A stretch of DNA of 64,000 bases from Promethearchaeota archaeon (GTDB taxonomy: Archaea; Asgardarchaeota; Lokiarchaeia; Sigyniarchaeales; SOKP01), in contig JAUVXW010000006.1 in the NCBI GenBank assembly GCA_030603385.1, positions 85,220 to 149,219 of the forward strand. The letters are read 5' to 3'. The notes beneath the pieces are model-generated. The model ran no database searches. It was not told the DNA's origin and was given only the letters and a program-made list of their open reading frames with translations. Shown piece after piece: positions 30,461 through 40,858 of this stretch. The translations under genes were made by a program, and so were the position numbers. Positions within the stretch are counted from its first letter, which is position 1. Each line of letters starts with the position of its first letter.

Positions 30461-31483
30461 TTAGTTTACATCAATAAGAACTTTCATTACTTTATCTTTT
30501 TTATCATCAATAAATTTATAAGCTTTACTATAATCCTCGAATGGAAAGTGTATAGTCATCAATGATTTAAGGGTTATTTTTTTCGCGTCTACAAGCTCAA
30601 TAGCTTTAATATAATCATCAGTTTGATACATTAAAGTACCAATCAACCTGAGCTCACGATCTTGCACAAATCCAAGATTAACAGCAGGTTTATTACCAAA
30701 AACACCAACAACTATTATATCAGATCCTTTTCTTGCGTTTTCAATTGCAGTATCTATTGTTTCATTGGCACCAACACATTCTATTATTAAGTCTGCTTTA
30801 TCTGATCCAAACGCTTTTACAATTTCCTCAGACAGATCTTGTTTTGTTGGATTAATAGTAAAGTCAATCCCTACTTCTTTTGCTATTCCTAATCGAAAAT
30901 CACTCAAATCTGTAATCATTACTGCTTTAGCTCCAAGAGCTTTAGCAGTCTGTCCTACTAAGTTTCCAATAGGACCAGCTCCTAGTACCAAAACATTAAA
31001 GCCTGTAATATCTCCGCCTCTTGACACAGCATGAACTGCTACGGCACAGGGTTCAATCATAGCGCCTTGTTCATATGTCATATCATCAGGAAGCTTTATT
31101 ACTTTTTCTGAATCGACAGCAAAAAACTCGGAACCTGCTCCAGTTGTTTGAAATCCCATTACTTTCAGATCATCACAAATATGATATTTTCCATGAGTAC
31201 AAGGGTAACATTTATTGCACACAACCTGAGGTTGAATGGTTACTTTATCACCTGGTTTAAGATTCTTTACATTTAGACCAATATTTTCAATTTTACCAGA
31301 AACCTCATGTCCTTGAGTAACAGGATAATCAGTATATGGATGTTTTCCATGATAAACGTGAATATCGCTTCCACACACACCAATTCTCATTATTTTTACA
31401 AGGACATCATTTTGCTTTAACTCAGGAATCGGAATATCATGAAACTCTATTTTACCTGGAGCTGTCATTACTTCTTGCTTCAT
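30461..31483 (-). CDS. Zn-dependent (MDR) polyol/sugar dehydrogenase
   Basis: CGSDIH, GHEVSG, structural Zn site CNKCYPC...C and GAGPIG. Confidence 0.93.
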   Translation of the reverse strand: MKQEVMTAPGKIEFHDIPIPELKQNDVLVKIMRIGVCGSDIHVYHGKHPYTDYPVTQGHEVSGKIENIGLNVKNLKPGDKVTIQPQVVCNKCYPCTHGKYHICDDLKVMGFQTTGAGSEFFAVDSEKVIKLPDDMTYEQGAMIEPCAVAVHAVSRGGDITGFNVLVLGAGPIGNLVGQTAKALGAKAVMITDLSDFRLGIAKEVGIDFTINPTKQDLSEEIVKAFGSDKADLIIECVGANETIDTAIENARKGSDIIVVGVFGNKPAVNLGFVQDRELRLIGTLMYQTDDYIKAIELVDAKKITLKSLMTIHFPFEDYSKAYKFIDDKKDKVMKVLIDVN

Positions 31484-31580
31484 AATTTTTACTCTTTTTT
31501 TTTCTTATAATTCTATACAAAGACAGAATATTCTTAATAGTTTTAATATTCCCATTCTAAAAAAGAAAAGGAAAGAACTC

Positions 31581-33659
31581 ATGGAAAAAAATTTCATTTT
31601 ATATTGGAATTTTGATGAAATCTTTGATGGAAAAGGCATCTTAGAATTAGTATCAAATAAAAAAGATCAAATTATAGGATATGCGGATCTTTTCGATGGT
31701 ATTAAGGGAAAAGCGCTCAGATTCGATGGTTATACAACTCATCTAACGATCCCAAAGAATAGACTTCCTGAATCCCTTGAACAGTTTACCATTAGTGCAT
31801 GGATAGCTAATGGTGCTTATACATGGAACGAGGGACCTATTATCGAAAATTATGATGAAAAAAATGGATTCTTTCTTGGTGTGACTGCTAATGGAAGAAT
31901 CCGTTTTAAAGTAATAATTAATGGAGAAGCATTAAAAGTTGAATCTGAACCGAAAACGCCACTTTTCAAATGGATGAATGTTACAAGCGTGTTTGATACT
32001 GCTCGTGGAATATATCTCTATATAAACGGTGAATTGAAAGATTTCATGGATATTAAAGAACTCGTAGGAAAGGTGAGCCTTCCCAATGATTCGATTAATA
32101 TAGGCAGAGCTGCCAAGGACGTTCGACCTACAAATGGAGTGAATAACGGTGGTCATTTTGCTTGTCCGATTTACCTTGACGGAATCATTGACGAACTAAA
32201 ATTTTTTGATAAAGCATTATCTGTCGAACAAATTAAAGAAAGATTCACGAGTATCAAAGAAATAGGAGAACCTCCCTTGGAAAAACGCGGACTTCCATCA
32301 TTTCCTAAAGGTCCAAACAGATTCGGGGCATATTACACTACGCTTAAATATTATAAAGAATGGGATCGTCTTTGGAGAGTAAAAGACCACGCGGATGTAG
32401 TTGTTCTCTTTGATGAGATGCCCGTTAAATACGTTTTTTGGAGGGGTTTGAATTACATTTCTGCATGGGTAACAGGTAATGGGATCTGGTATACGAACGA
32501 ATTTAACGAAACATGGGCGGATAAATTTGATCCAGACATAAACGGATGTGCCGAACCGATGTCTGATAAACAGTGCAAGACTTCTCATGTCAGGATTATA
32601 GAATCAAATGACGCCCGAGTTATAGTGCATTGGCGTTATGCCCTTATAGACACGAATTATAGACAGGCTAGAGTAGATCCACTTACCAAATGGGGTGATT
32701 GGTCAGATGAATATTATGTAATCTACCCAGATGGTATCGGGATTCGAGATATAACTCTTCATAGTTCTCAACCAATGGAACCTCACGAATTTCAAGAGTC
32801 AATAGTCATTATAGGTGAAGGAATGACTCCTGAAGACGCCTATGATTTAGATGCAGTTACTTTTTTCAACATGAAAGGTGAATCATATACATATAGTTGG
32901 GAAAAGAAAGGTACCATGTTCTTCCTGAGTCCAAAAAATAAAAATATTGAAATTATCAATGTAAAATCAGAAACTGTTCCTTTTTTAATTGTTTCGGATG
33001 GTCCCTGTGTCGTTGCAGGAAAAAAGTTCAACGGAAAAAAGCGTCGTAACCCATATTTCCAACCTTATTCCCCTTTTGTAAAAAGCGGATCATATTTTCC
33101 TTGGTGGAATTCTTGGCCTGTCGCTAACATCCCTACGGATGGAAGATTTACTTCCGTTTCCGACCGTCCAGGACATACTAACGTCTCGACAGAAGCAGAA
33201 TGGGCTGATTATGAGTTAGGTCCGGAATTAAGGAGGAGGATCATGCTTCATGGCGTTTGGGATAAGAGTGATAAAGAGAACTTGGTTAATTTGGCTAAAT
33301 CTTGGCTTAGAGCCCCTGAAATCGAACTGAAAACTAGCGCATATAGTACTGAGAATTATATTCAACATGAGAGAGCATATTACTTCATGTGCAAGGATCC
33401 AGATTTAAACATCCCTCTTGAATTCAAGATTAATGCGAGTGATGAGCATCCAATAATGAACCTTGCACTTGTAATCCGAAATTTAGATGCAGATATCATG
33501 CTTAAAATCAACGGGGGGGAAGTTCCTCGTGGAAAAAACTTTCGATATGGCATAGAGCATGATCTTGATGAAAATAAAATAGTGATATGGATTAAATTAA
33601 ATATCACAAAACCTACGATAATAAAACTAATCCCTAAAGAGGTAAATAATAGTGAGTGA
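31581..33659 (+). CDS. LamG/concanavalin-like domain protein with an uncharacterised C-terminal region
   Basis: YWNFDE, GKALRFDG, FTISAW, LYINGE and GIIDELKFFDKALS (LamG-3 jellyroll pattern); no obvious signal peptide. Confidence 0.78.
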   Translation: MEKNFILYWNFDEIFDGKGILELVSNKKDQIIGYADLFDGIKGKALRFDGYTTHLTIPKNRLPESLEQFTISAWIANGAYTWNEGPIIENYDEKNGFFLGVTANGRIRFKVIINGEALKVESEPKTPLFKWMNVTSVFDTARGIYLYINGELKDFMDIKELVGKVSLPNDSINIGRAAKDVRPTNGVNNGGHFACPIYLDGIIDELKFFDKALSVEQIKERFTSIKEIGEPPLEKRGLPSFPKGPNRFGAYYTTLKYYKEWDRLWRVKDHADVVVLFDEMPVKYVFWRGLNYISAWVTGNGIWYTNEFNETWADKFDPDINGCAEPMSDKQCKTSHVRIIESNDARVIVHWRYALIDTNYRQARVDPLTKWGDWSDEYYVIYPDGIGIRDITLHSSQPMEPHEFQESIVIIGEGMTPEDAYDLDAVTFFNMKGESYTYSWEKKGTMFFLSPKNKNIEIINVKSETVPFLIVSDGPCVVAGKKFNGKKRRNPYFQPYSPFVKSGSYFPWWNSWPVANIPTDGRFTSVSDRPGHTNVSTEAEWADYELGPELRRRIMLHGVWDKSDKENLVNLAKSWLRAPEIELKTSAYSTENYIQHERAYYFMCKDPDLNIPLEFKINASDEHPIMNLALVIRNLDADIMLKINGGEVPRGKNFRYGIEHDLDENKIVIWIKLNITKPTIIKLIPKEVNNSE

Positions 33660-34131
33660 TGATATAATTCAAAAAGCAAAGAGAGTTTTAGGGAAAATGG
33701 GGAAAAAAGACCTATACGGAAAGCACCTTCAACCCTTTCTTGATGTTTTAAAATATCTCACAAATAAATCTGAATATGCTGAGGATGAACTTTATGGTTG
33801 GGAAAAGGTCGTTCAAGTTAATTTAAGAGACACTGAAAATTTCTATATAAAAACAAATAAACCTTTCGCAGAGCATCCTAAATTAGTAATAAAACAAGGA
33901 AATGCCGATAATCCTGATGCTACCATTATTACTGATGGAGATACTTTTACAGGGATCATGTGTGGAAGAGCTAATTTATTTAGGGAAAATCCCGATATAT
34001 TTAGAATCGAAGGAGACGATACACAGGTATATATATTTTTCATGTTGTTAAGGCTTACCAGACAAGAACATGTAGAACAACAAAGGCAAGCAGAAGCAAA
34101 AAGAAGCGGAAAAAAAATTAAAATTGAATAA
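33652..34131 (+). CDS. SCP2-like domain protein
   Basis: GNADNPDATI...TFTGIMCG...FRIEGD resembles SCP2; translationally coupled to the LamG gene. Confidence 0.65.
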   Translation: MSDDIIQKAKRVLGKMGKKDLYGKHLQPFLDVLKYLTNKSEYAEDELYGWEKVVQVNLRDTENFYIKTNKPFAEHPKLVIKQGNADNPDATIITDGDTFTGIMCGRANLFRENPDIFRIEGDDTQVYIFFMLLRLTRQEHVEQQRQAEAKRSGKKIKIE

Positions 34132-34317
34132 AAAATTGTTATCAAATCATTTTGTTAAAATTTACACCAAAATTATATTGATATTACAGAGTTAAAAGTC
34201 TCTGTATTGATATTAAACTGATTATCAATTATCATTACCTAAAAAAATAAATTCCATAAACAATTTTAATAAATTGATTTTCAAACTTATTTTAAAATAA
34301 TAAGGGACTAAGACATT

Positions 34318-35442
34318 ATGAGTTCTAAGAAAAGAGATTACTATGAAGTTCTAGGAGTAGGTAAAGATGCTTCCACAAATGATATAAAGCTAGCTTATCG
34401 TAGATTAGCAAGAAAGTTTCATCCAGATGTAAATAAAACTGATCCAAAGGCAAAGGAAAAATTTATCGAGATTCAAGAAGCTTATGAAGTATTGAATGAT
34501 GAAAATAAAAGGAGAAATTATGATCGTTTCGGTCATGGCGGAGTGCAGGTTGATATGAGTGATTTCTTTTCAGGAGGAATTCCTGGCATCGATGAACTCT
34601 TCAGAAGTATTTTTGGTGAATTTAGTCCTTTTGGTGGTTTTAATGGTTTTGGTGGGGTTGGTTCGCGAACAAGAAGAAGAACAGCCCCTCGTCGAGAAGT
34701 AGGACAAGATATTGAGGATTATATAGAAATTAGTTTTGAAGAAGCTATGTTCGGGGTGAAAAAAGATGTTCCGATTAAACGATATACTCCGTGTGATGAA
34801 TGTGAAGGAACAGGAGCAGAAGATCCCTCAAGTGTAATTACTTGTCCAGAATGCCAAGGAACTGGTCGAATTAGAAAAATGACTCAATCAGGATTTGGTA
34901 CAATTATTCGCGAATCCGCCTGCTACGTTTGTAAAGGCACTGGACAAGTTATAGAAAAGAAGTGCAAAGTATGCAATGGTAATAAAGTTGTTCCTGAGGA
35001 AAAAATGATTCATGTTAATATCCCTCCTGGAGTAGAAAATGGTGTCCATCTAAAAGTACAAGGTGCAGGGCATGTCCCTTCTGTTAATGCAATACCTGGT
35101 GATCTTTATTTAGGAATTAGAATAACCAATAATGAAAAATTTATACGGAGAGGGAATGATCTGTATACTCCTACTAATATTGATATAGTTACTGCAATTG
35201 TAGGTGGAAAAATTAAAGTACCTACTCTAGATTATAAGGAAAATAAGATTACTGAGAAAGAATTGCCAATCCCCGCTGGAACTCAACCAGGTACAGAATT
35301 CCGAATTAAAAATCGAGGAGTTTCTTATATGCGTGGAAGAGGAAGAGGAGACCAATATGTAATTGTTAACATCGAAATACCGAAAAAAATATCAGAAAAA
35401 CAAAAAGAATTATTATTGAAATTTCGGGAATTAGATAAGTAG
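34318..35442 (+). CDS. dnaJ: Chaperone DnaJ
   Basis: J domain with HPD, G/F region and four CxxCxGxG-type repeats. Confidence 0.97.
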   Translation: MSSKKRDYYEVLGVGKDASTNDIKLAYRRLARKFHPDVNKTDPKAKEKFIEIQEAYEVLNDENKRRNYDRFGHGGVQVDMSDFFSGGIPGIDELFRSIFGEFSPFGGFNGFGGVGSRTRRRTAPRREVGQDIEDYIEISFEEAMFGVKKDVPIKRYTPCDECEGTGAEDPSSVITCPECQGTGRIRKMTQSGFGTIIRESACYVCKGTGQVIEKKCKVCNGNKVVPEEKMIHVNIPPGVENGVHLKVQGAGHVPSVNAIPGDLYLGIRITNNEKFIRRGNDLYTPTNIDIVTAIVGGKIKVPTLDYKENKITEKELPIPAGTQPGTEFRIKNRGVSYMRGRGRGDQYVIVNIEIPKKISEKQKELLLKFRELDK

Positions 35443-35447
35443 AAATA

Positions 35448-36395
35448 TTACGCGTGAGTCTCAAGCCATTCAATTACATCATTAAAGACTTCATCACGAT
35501 TGATTTCATTAAATAGTTCATGCCTTGCGTTTTCATAGAATTTATATGTAACATTTGTATTACCGTATTTCTTAAGACGATTAATCATTGCTTTAACACC
35601 TTTAGTTTTATTTCCAATTGGACATAAAGATCCTGAGATAAAAAATATCGGTAAATCCTTTGGTATTTTATTTTCATTTTCAGCATTATATATTTTATCA
35701 AATCCAAGGATGAATTCCAACCAAAGAGTAGCAGGAGGGACAAATCCACACCACGGGTCATCAATATACTTTTGAACTTCGGATTTATCTCTACTAAGCC
35801 ATTCAAATCCTGTAGCATCTTCATCCTTTTTCCACTCTCGATTATTAGATTTAAAATTCATATTATACATTTTTTGGCTAGGTGTTGTAGGACCCAATTT
35901 CTTAATCTCTCCTTTAAGAATAATCTTTCCAGCTTTAATCACAAGAGCTCTTACCTTCCCATTAGTACCACTTAGAATACATCCCTTTATTTCATCTCCC
36001 CATTCCTGAATATAATCTTGTGTTATAAATGCACCCCATGAATGCCCTATTAAAAATAGTGGAAGATTAGGATGTTCATTCTTGATAATTATTGACAACT
36101 CATGAACATCATTTACAACTCCCCGCCATCCATTTTGACCTAGAACTCCCGCTTTTCCCTCTAAAGTGGCTTCTGTTAAATCCCCCGCAGTTAGTCCGTG
36201 TCCACGTTGATCATTTGCATAACAAACGAACCCTTCTTTGCATAAAACCTCAGCAACTCCATTGTATCTTCTAGCATGTTCTGCTAATCCATGAAGTATC
36301 TGAACAACAGCCTTTGGTTCAGTGTCTGGTTCCCATTTGTATACAAAAATCTCAATACCATCTTGATCAGTAAAAGTAAAAGTTGAACTTTTCAT
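35448..36395 (-). CDS. Alpha/beta hydrolase (monoacylglycerol lipase/lysophospholipase family)
   Basis: HGLAEH, DQRGHG, GHSWG and RHELFNE motifs. Confidence 0.92.
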   Translation of the reverse strand: MKSSTFTFTDQDGIEIFVYKWEPDTEPKAVVQILHGLAEHARRYNGVAEVLCKEGFVCYANDQRGHGLTAGDLTEATLEGKAGVLGQNGWRGVVNDVHELSIIIKNEHPNLPLFLIGHSWGAFITQDYIQEWGDEIKGCILSGTNGKVRALVIKAGKIILKGEIKKLGPTTPSQKMYNMNFKSNNREWKKDEDATGFEWLSRDKSEVQKYIDDPWCGFVPPATLWLEFILGFDKIYNAENENKIPKDLPIFFISGSLCPIGNKTKGVKAMINRLKKYGNTNVTYKFYENARHELFNEINRDEVFNDVIEWLETHA

Positions 36396-36509
36396 TTTAT
36401 TATCATCTTTTTTTTATTTTTATTTTTTTATACAGTTTAATTATTAATTTATTAGTTAATTTCTTCTTATGATACTACAATATATAAAATTTTTATCAAT
36501 GATGATTCT

Positions 36510-37037
36510 ATGAATACTAAAATTCTAATTACTGGCCCTCCTCGATGCGGTAAGTCAACTTTAATAGTTAAATTAATTGAATATTTTTCTAAAAGACAAA
36601 TCACTGTACATGGTTTTTTAACTCCAGAAGTTAGAGAAGGAAGTAATCGAATTGGGTTCGATATTGAAGATATTAAAACAAAAGAAAGGGAAAAATTAGC
36701 AAGAAAAGGGAATTATAGTACTAAATATCATTTAGGCAGCTACTGTGTATTTATAGAAAGCTTTGAGAAAATTATCTCAAAATATGAAGATATTCGATTT
36801 CAGGAAGGAGATTTAATTATAATTGATGAGATTGGAAAAATGGAACTATTTTCCAAAAGATTTCAGAATTTCATTACAAAAATATTTGCTTCTAATATTT
36901 CAATTATAGCAACAATTGGATTAACAGTTAAACATCCAATAAGGGAACACCTTTTAAACATCCCAGATGTTAACCTTTTCAACTTAGACCGTCAAAATTT
37001 TCAAAGGACTTATCAAAAGATAATCTTAATGATATAG
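36510..37037 (+). CDS. THEP1-family NTPase
   Basis: ITGPPRCGKST, GFLTPEVRE, RIGF and IIDEIGKMEL motifs. Confidence 0.93.
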   Translation: MNTKILITGPPRCGKSTLIVKLIEYFSKRQITVHGFLTPEVREGSNRIGFDIEDIKTKEREKLARKGNYSTKYHLGSYCVFIESFEKIISKYEDIRFQEGDLIIIDEIGKMELFSKRFQNFITKIFASNISIIATIGLTVKHPIREHLLNIPDVNLFNLDRQNFQRTYQKIILMI

Positions 37038-37122
37038 GGAATTAACACACACCCCTATAAATCCATCTTATTAGACTTTTTTTTCACAAAACTTTATATT
37101 AAGTAAGATAGAGTCTTATAGT

Positions 37123-37260
37123 ATGAAAGGAGATCTGTTTCTGAAATGGAAATGTGATAATTGCGGTCATGAGTTTGATTCAGATGACTTCCCAGAAGAA
37201 GGATTTAAATGTCCGGGATGTGGCGGCGAAGATTGTTCCTTTAGCCTTTTAGAACCGTAA
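37123..37260 (+). CDS. Small rubredoxin-like zinc/iron ribbon protein (45 aa; missed by the ORF track)
   Basis: MKGDLFLKWKCDNCGHEFDSDDFPEEGFKCPGCGGEDCSFSLLEP*, with two CxxCG knuckles and a TATA-like tttatatt upstream. Confidence 0.8.
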   Translation: MKGDLFLKWKCDNCGHEFDSDDFPEEGFKCPGCGGEDCSFSLLEP

Positions 37261-37475
37261 TAATTCTCAATAAATGTCATTTCTAAATTGGATCTTCTAG
37301 AAATTCTTGCTAAATTGGTCTTAAGAAGATAATTTTACTAAAGAAGAATTTATAATCTTAATGGAGAATTGCCTAAAAACCCCTTTTGAGTTTTGTGTAA
37401 TTTAATTTGTCCTTCTATAATTCCCATTCTACTGTTTTGTTAAAATTTATAAGGGTAGAACACGATTAGAATGGT

Positions 37476-39452
37476 ATGGATTTAACGAAAATCTATAAAC
37501 GGGGTTTAGCTGTTTCATTTTTACTCCTTATCTTTATAATTGGCGTTCTATTCATTCCTAATGCAAATAATAAGCAAATTCTTGATGAAAATTCACCTTC
37601 ATTGAGCGCACTTGAAGATAATTATGAACCAAATAATTATTTCAGTACTGCTTATGACCTTTCAAATCATGAAAATGAATGGCTAAGTACAATCGCTGGC
37701 AATGGTACACAGGGTGATGATGACTATTTTATGATTTGGGTAGATTATTGGAGCTTATATTTAAAGATAAATTTAACTTTTTTTCATAGTTTAGGCGATA
37801 TTAATTTAGCATTATATGACAATGGATGGTCTATTGTTGACGAAAGTAATTCTACAACTGATAATGAATACATCGAAATTCCTAATCCAATAGATGGGAC
37901 TTATTATTTCAGAGTTTCTGGTCTTAATTTGAACAACACTTATGATTTATTATGGCAAACAGATGATTTTTTCGAAGAAAACAATGATTATTGGAGCTCT
38001 ATGTGGGTCGATCCGAACTATTATTCTTATCTGAAGATTTTAGGTGGTGATGAGGATTGGTTTCGTACTTATTTAAACCCTGGTGACACAATCGATGTTA
38101 GTATTTACTTCGACCATATGGAAGGTGATTTACAGCTGGATCTTTATGATCCCTCTGAAGTACTACGTGAAAAATCTGATTCTGGGAATAATGACGAACT
38201 TATTTCGTTTACTGCAGATATGTCAGGGGATTGGCGATTTAGAGTATATAATGCGTCTGGAGTTTCTGTTGTACATTATGACTTAGATTTATGGTTGACT
38301 ACTGGAGGATCTGGAGATGAGGATGCATATGAAGAAAATGATTTTTATGGACAAGCCTATGACCTTAGTTACTATGAAGGACGCTGGTTAAGTGGGATAA
38401 GCGGTTTTGGATCCCAATTCGACGAGGACTGGTATAAGATTAATGTAGAACCTAGTTTTGAGCATCTAATTGTTAATTTCAACCAATTTGACGGTGATAT
38501 TCAACTTGAGGTTTATGATACTAGTATTAATATTATTGGTGGGAGCTATCACAGAGAATATAATGAACCTATTAAGATTACCCTCCCTTCGAGTGGGACT
38601 TACTACTTTAAAGTTTCCGGTTCTAATAAAGGTACTAATTATGATTTACAGTATGTAGCTTTTTGTCTCTTAGAGGAGCAAACATGGTTGAGTGATGTTT
38701 ATGGGATGGGAATTCAAGGAGACTTAGATTTTTATCTAATCGATGTATCACCTGGATTCCTTCAGTTAGAAATTAATTTAACTTTCATCCATTCCTCAGG
38801 AGATATTAATATGGCACTGTACAATGAAATGGGTTCTGATATTATTAAAGCTGAATCATTGGATGATGATGAATATATCAATGACAATCTTACTTATCCT
38901 GGTATGCACTTCCTTTTAATTTATGGAGATAACATGGGAAATGAATATAATCTTTGGTGGGATGATCATAAAACTGATCTAAGATCTGATGATAATTATG
39001 AAATAAATAATGACCCATCATCAGCTTATGACATTTCATATGCTCAGGAGATATCTTTGTGGGAAATTAATGGACTAGCATTACAATTTGACGAAGATTG
39101 GTATGAAATCTATGTAGATGGCTCAAATTTAGAATTAATATTATGGCTAGCTTACGATTCTGCTGAAGGTTTAATGGGTTTTGAAGTTTATGATAACCAT
39201 CTTATCAAAATTACCGGGAATTTTACCTTGACTGATAATGACTACATTGTACATGACGTGTCTAATGGGACTTACTATATTAGAGTTTATGGAGATAATT
39301 TAGGAAATGTGTATAATTTATGGTGGGGAACCCAAGAGCTTGAGGAAATTGGGATGATACCAGGTTATGATCTACTTATCTTAATTGCGTCAATCATAGG
39401 GGTTACAACGGTATGTATCAAATTAAAGAGGAGTAAATTAAAGCATAAATAA
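37476..39452 (+). CDS. Secreted, surface-anchored protein with ~5 PPC-like acidic repeats and a Loki-CTERM-like tail
   Basis: N-terminal hydrophobic signal, repeats DDxYExNDxxxxAYDL...DxDWY...GDIxLxLYD...GTYYxRV, and C-terminal IPGY + transmembrane segment + basic tail. Confidence 0.8.
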   Translation: MDLTKIYKRGLAVSFLLLIFIIGVLFIPNANNKQILDENSPSLSALEDNYEPNNYFSTAYDLSNHENEWLSTIAGNGTQGDDDYFMIWVDYWSLYLKINLTFFHSLGDINLALYDNGWSIVDESNSTTDNEYIEIPNPIDGTYYFRVSGLNLNNTYDLLWQTDDFFEENNDYWSSMWVDPNYYSYLKILGGDEDWFRTYLNPGDTIDVSIYFDHMEGDLQLDLYDPSEVLREKSDSGNNDELISFTADMSGDWRFRVYNASGVSVVHYDLDLWLTTGGSGDEDAYEENDFYGQAYDLSYYEGRWLSGISGFGSQFDEDWYKINVEPSFEHLIVNFNQFDGDIQLEVYDTSINIIGGSYHREYNEPIKITLPSSGTYYFKVSGSNKGTNYDLQYVAFCLLEEQTWLSDVYGMGIQGDLDFYLIDVSPGFLQLEINLTFIHSSGDINMALYNEMGSDIIKAESLDDDEYINDNLTYPGMHFLLIYGDNMGNEYNLWWDDHKTDLRSDDNYEINNDPSSAYDISYAQEISLWEINGLALQFDEDWYEIYVDGSNLELILWLAYDSAEGLMGFEVYDNHLIKITGNFTLTDNDYIVHDVSNGTYYIRVYGDNLGNVYNLWWGTQELEEIGMIPGYDLLILIASIIGVTTVCIKLKRSKLKHK

Positions 39453-39454
39453 AT

Positions 39455-39480
39455 AATTTTTTACTTTTTTTTTCTTTTTC
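39455..39480 (+). terminator. Oligo-T tract, candidate archaeal terminator
   Basis: Long T runs immediately after the stop codon at 39452, between convergent transcripts. Confidence 0.45.
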
Positions 39481-39535
39481 TATACTTTATTTTAAAAATT
39501 TTATGTGAACAATTTTTTTTAAAAAAATAGTTAAA

Positions 39536-39865
39536 AAGACGCTTGAGATATATACCCGCCCTTCTGTTCTGTACCCGTCACCAAGTAACAGTTGGAGCAT
39601 CAAACTATGCGGCCTACCTAAAGCTCGCTCCAAGTACCTCATCACTTTCATTTGGCCTTGCACCAAGGTTTTAGCTCGTTCCAACCATTCCTTCCTACAA
39701 TTTCTTTGGCTTATCCAAGTCATTAATATGCGTAGAAAGGCAGTGTCGTTTCAGTTGCTAAAATACGATTCTCACCGTAGTAGTTATCTACACCTTGCTT
39801 GGAGAGTGGGGCGAGGTTCCTCAGCAGGTTAAACCCACCGTCAGCTCCATATCTCACTCGTCTCG
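39536..39865 (-). ncRNA. rnpB: RNase P RNA, archaeal type A
   Basis: GC-rich island. The minus strand has GAGGAACCUCGCCC (CR-I) pairing with ACAGAAGGGCGGGU (CR-V, P4), P1 UGAGAUAU/AUAUCUCA, P2 UGGAGC/GCUCCA, P6 CUCCAAG/CUUGGAG, GCAAGGCC/GGCCGC (P15) and a P19 hairpin. A TATA-like tttaaata lies ~20-27 nt upstream. Confidence 0.93.
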
Positions 39866-39918
39866 TTTTTAAAGGTAAAATAAGTATTTAAACTTTTGTC
39901 TCTTAATAGATTATTTGC

Positions 39919-40716
39919 TTATTTATTTTCAGCATTTAATTCATAGGAAATGATATCACAATATTTTTTAAAGCCTAATTTTCTGTATACTCTCTCACCT
40001 AAAGATGACGCTTGAAGTACTCCAACTTTATACCCCATTTTAAGAGCATCTATTAATGCAATTTTACTTATGGTAATACCAAATCCTCTATTTCTGTAAT
40101 CCTGTAATGTAGATACTGCGTGAAGGCCTGCTACTCCCGAGGAAAGATATAATAGAAGAGATAAAACAGCTTTTCCTTTAAAATTACCTATATAGAATTT
40201 TACTTCAGGCTCTAAAAACAAGAATTTAATTAATTCAGAATCAATCTTTATGCCAAAGACTGATGAAACAACTGTAATCCAGTGTTTTAGAGATTCTTCG
40301 TTTTCAACAATTTCAACCACTAAATCCTTTTCATCTATTATCTTTTTCTTTAGATCTTTTAAATCAACTGCCATTCCGGCTTGTTGATAAACATTTAAAA
40401 AACCATTTTTCTCAAGAATCATTCCTAAATTATCAGGTTTAGTTAGTGGTCCTACAGTCCAGCCATTAGGCGCTTTACCTTCTTGGATTAATCTTTTTAT
40501 ATTGGTAATCTCATTTTCTGCATTTAAACTTTCAAAATCGGCTCTAAATATACACTTTGGCCAATCTACATCCCTAGTGTCGACCCAACTTATTTTATCC
40601 TCTAAGTGAGATATGAAATTAGGATGATAAGAAGATTTAGTATAAAAATCGTCAAGATTTTGCTCGATATAGAAATTTATTGTTTTTGAAGATATTTTAT
40701 TAAGAATTTTACTCAT
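39919..40716 (-). CDS. GNAT acetyltransferase
   Basis: VSTLQDYRNRGFG and LQASSLGERVYRKLGF motifs. Confidence 0.9.
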   Translation of the reverse strand: MSKILNKISSKTINFYIEQNLDDFYTKSSYHPNFISHLEDKISWVDTRDVDWPKCIFRADFESLNAENEITNIKRLIQEGKAPNGWTVGPLTKPDNLGMILEKNGFLNVYQQAGMAVDLKDLKKKIIDEKDLVVEIVENEESLKHWITVVSSVFGIKIDSELIKFLFLEPEVKFYIGNFKGKAVLSLLLYLSSGVAGLHAVSTLQDYRNRGFGITISKIALIDALKMGYKVGVLQASSLGERVYRKLGFKKYCDIISYELNAENK

Positions 40717-40858
40717 AGTTTTAACCCTACAAACAATACTACTATAAAATAATATTGTCTTCCAAATAATTTACTGCTAATCATTCAAAATAATAAAAAT
40801 AAATATAAAAAAAAGAATAGTTTTTTGGTTATTTTTGTATTTGTATTTGTATGTTAAA

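Noticed and set aside
39487-39723. 78-aa ORF
   Set aside because: It lies within the RNase P RNA gene and has no protein features.
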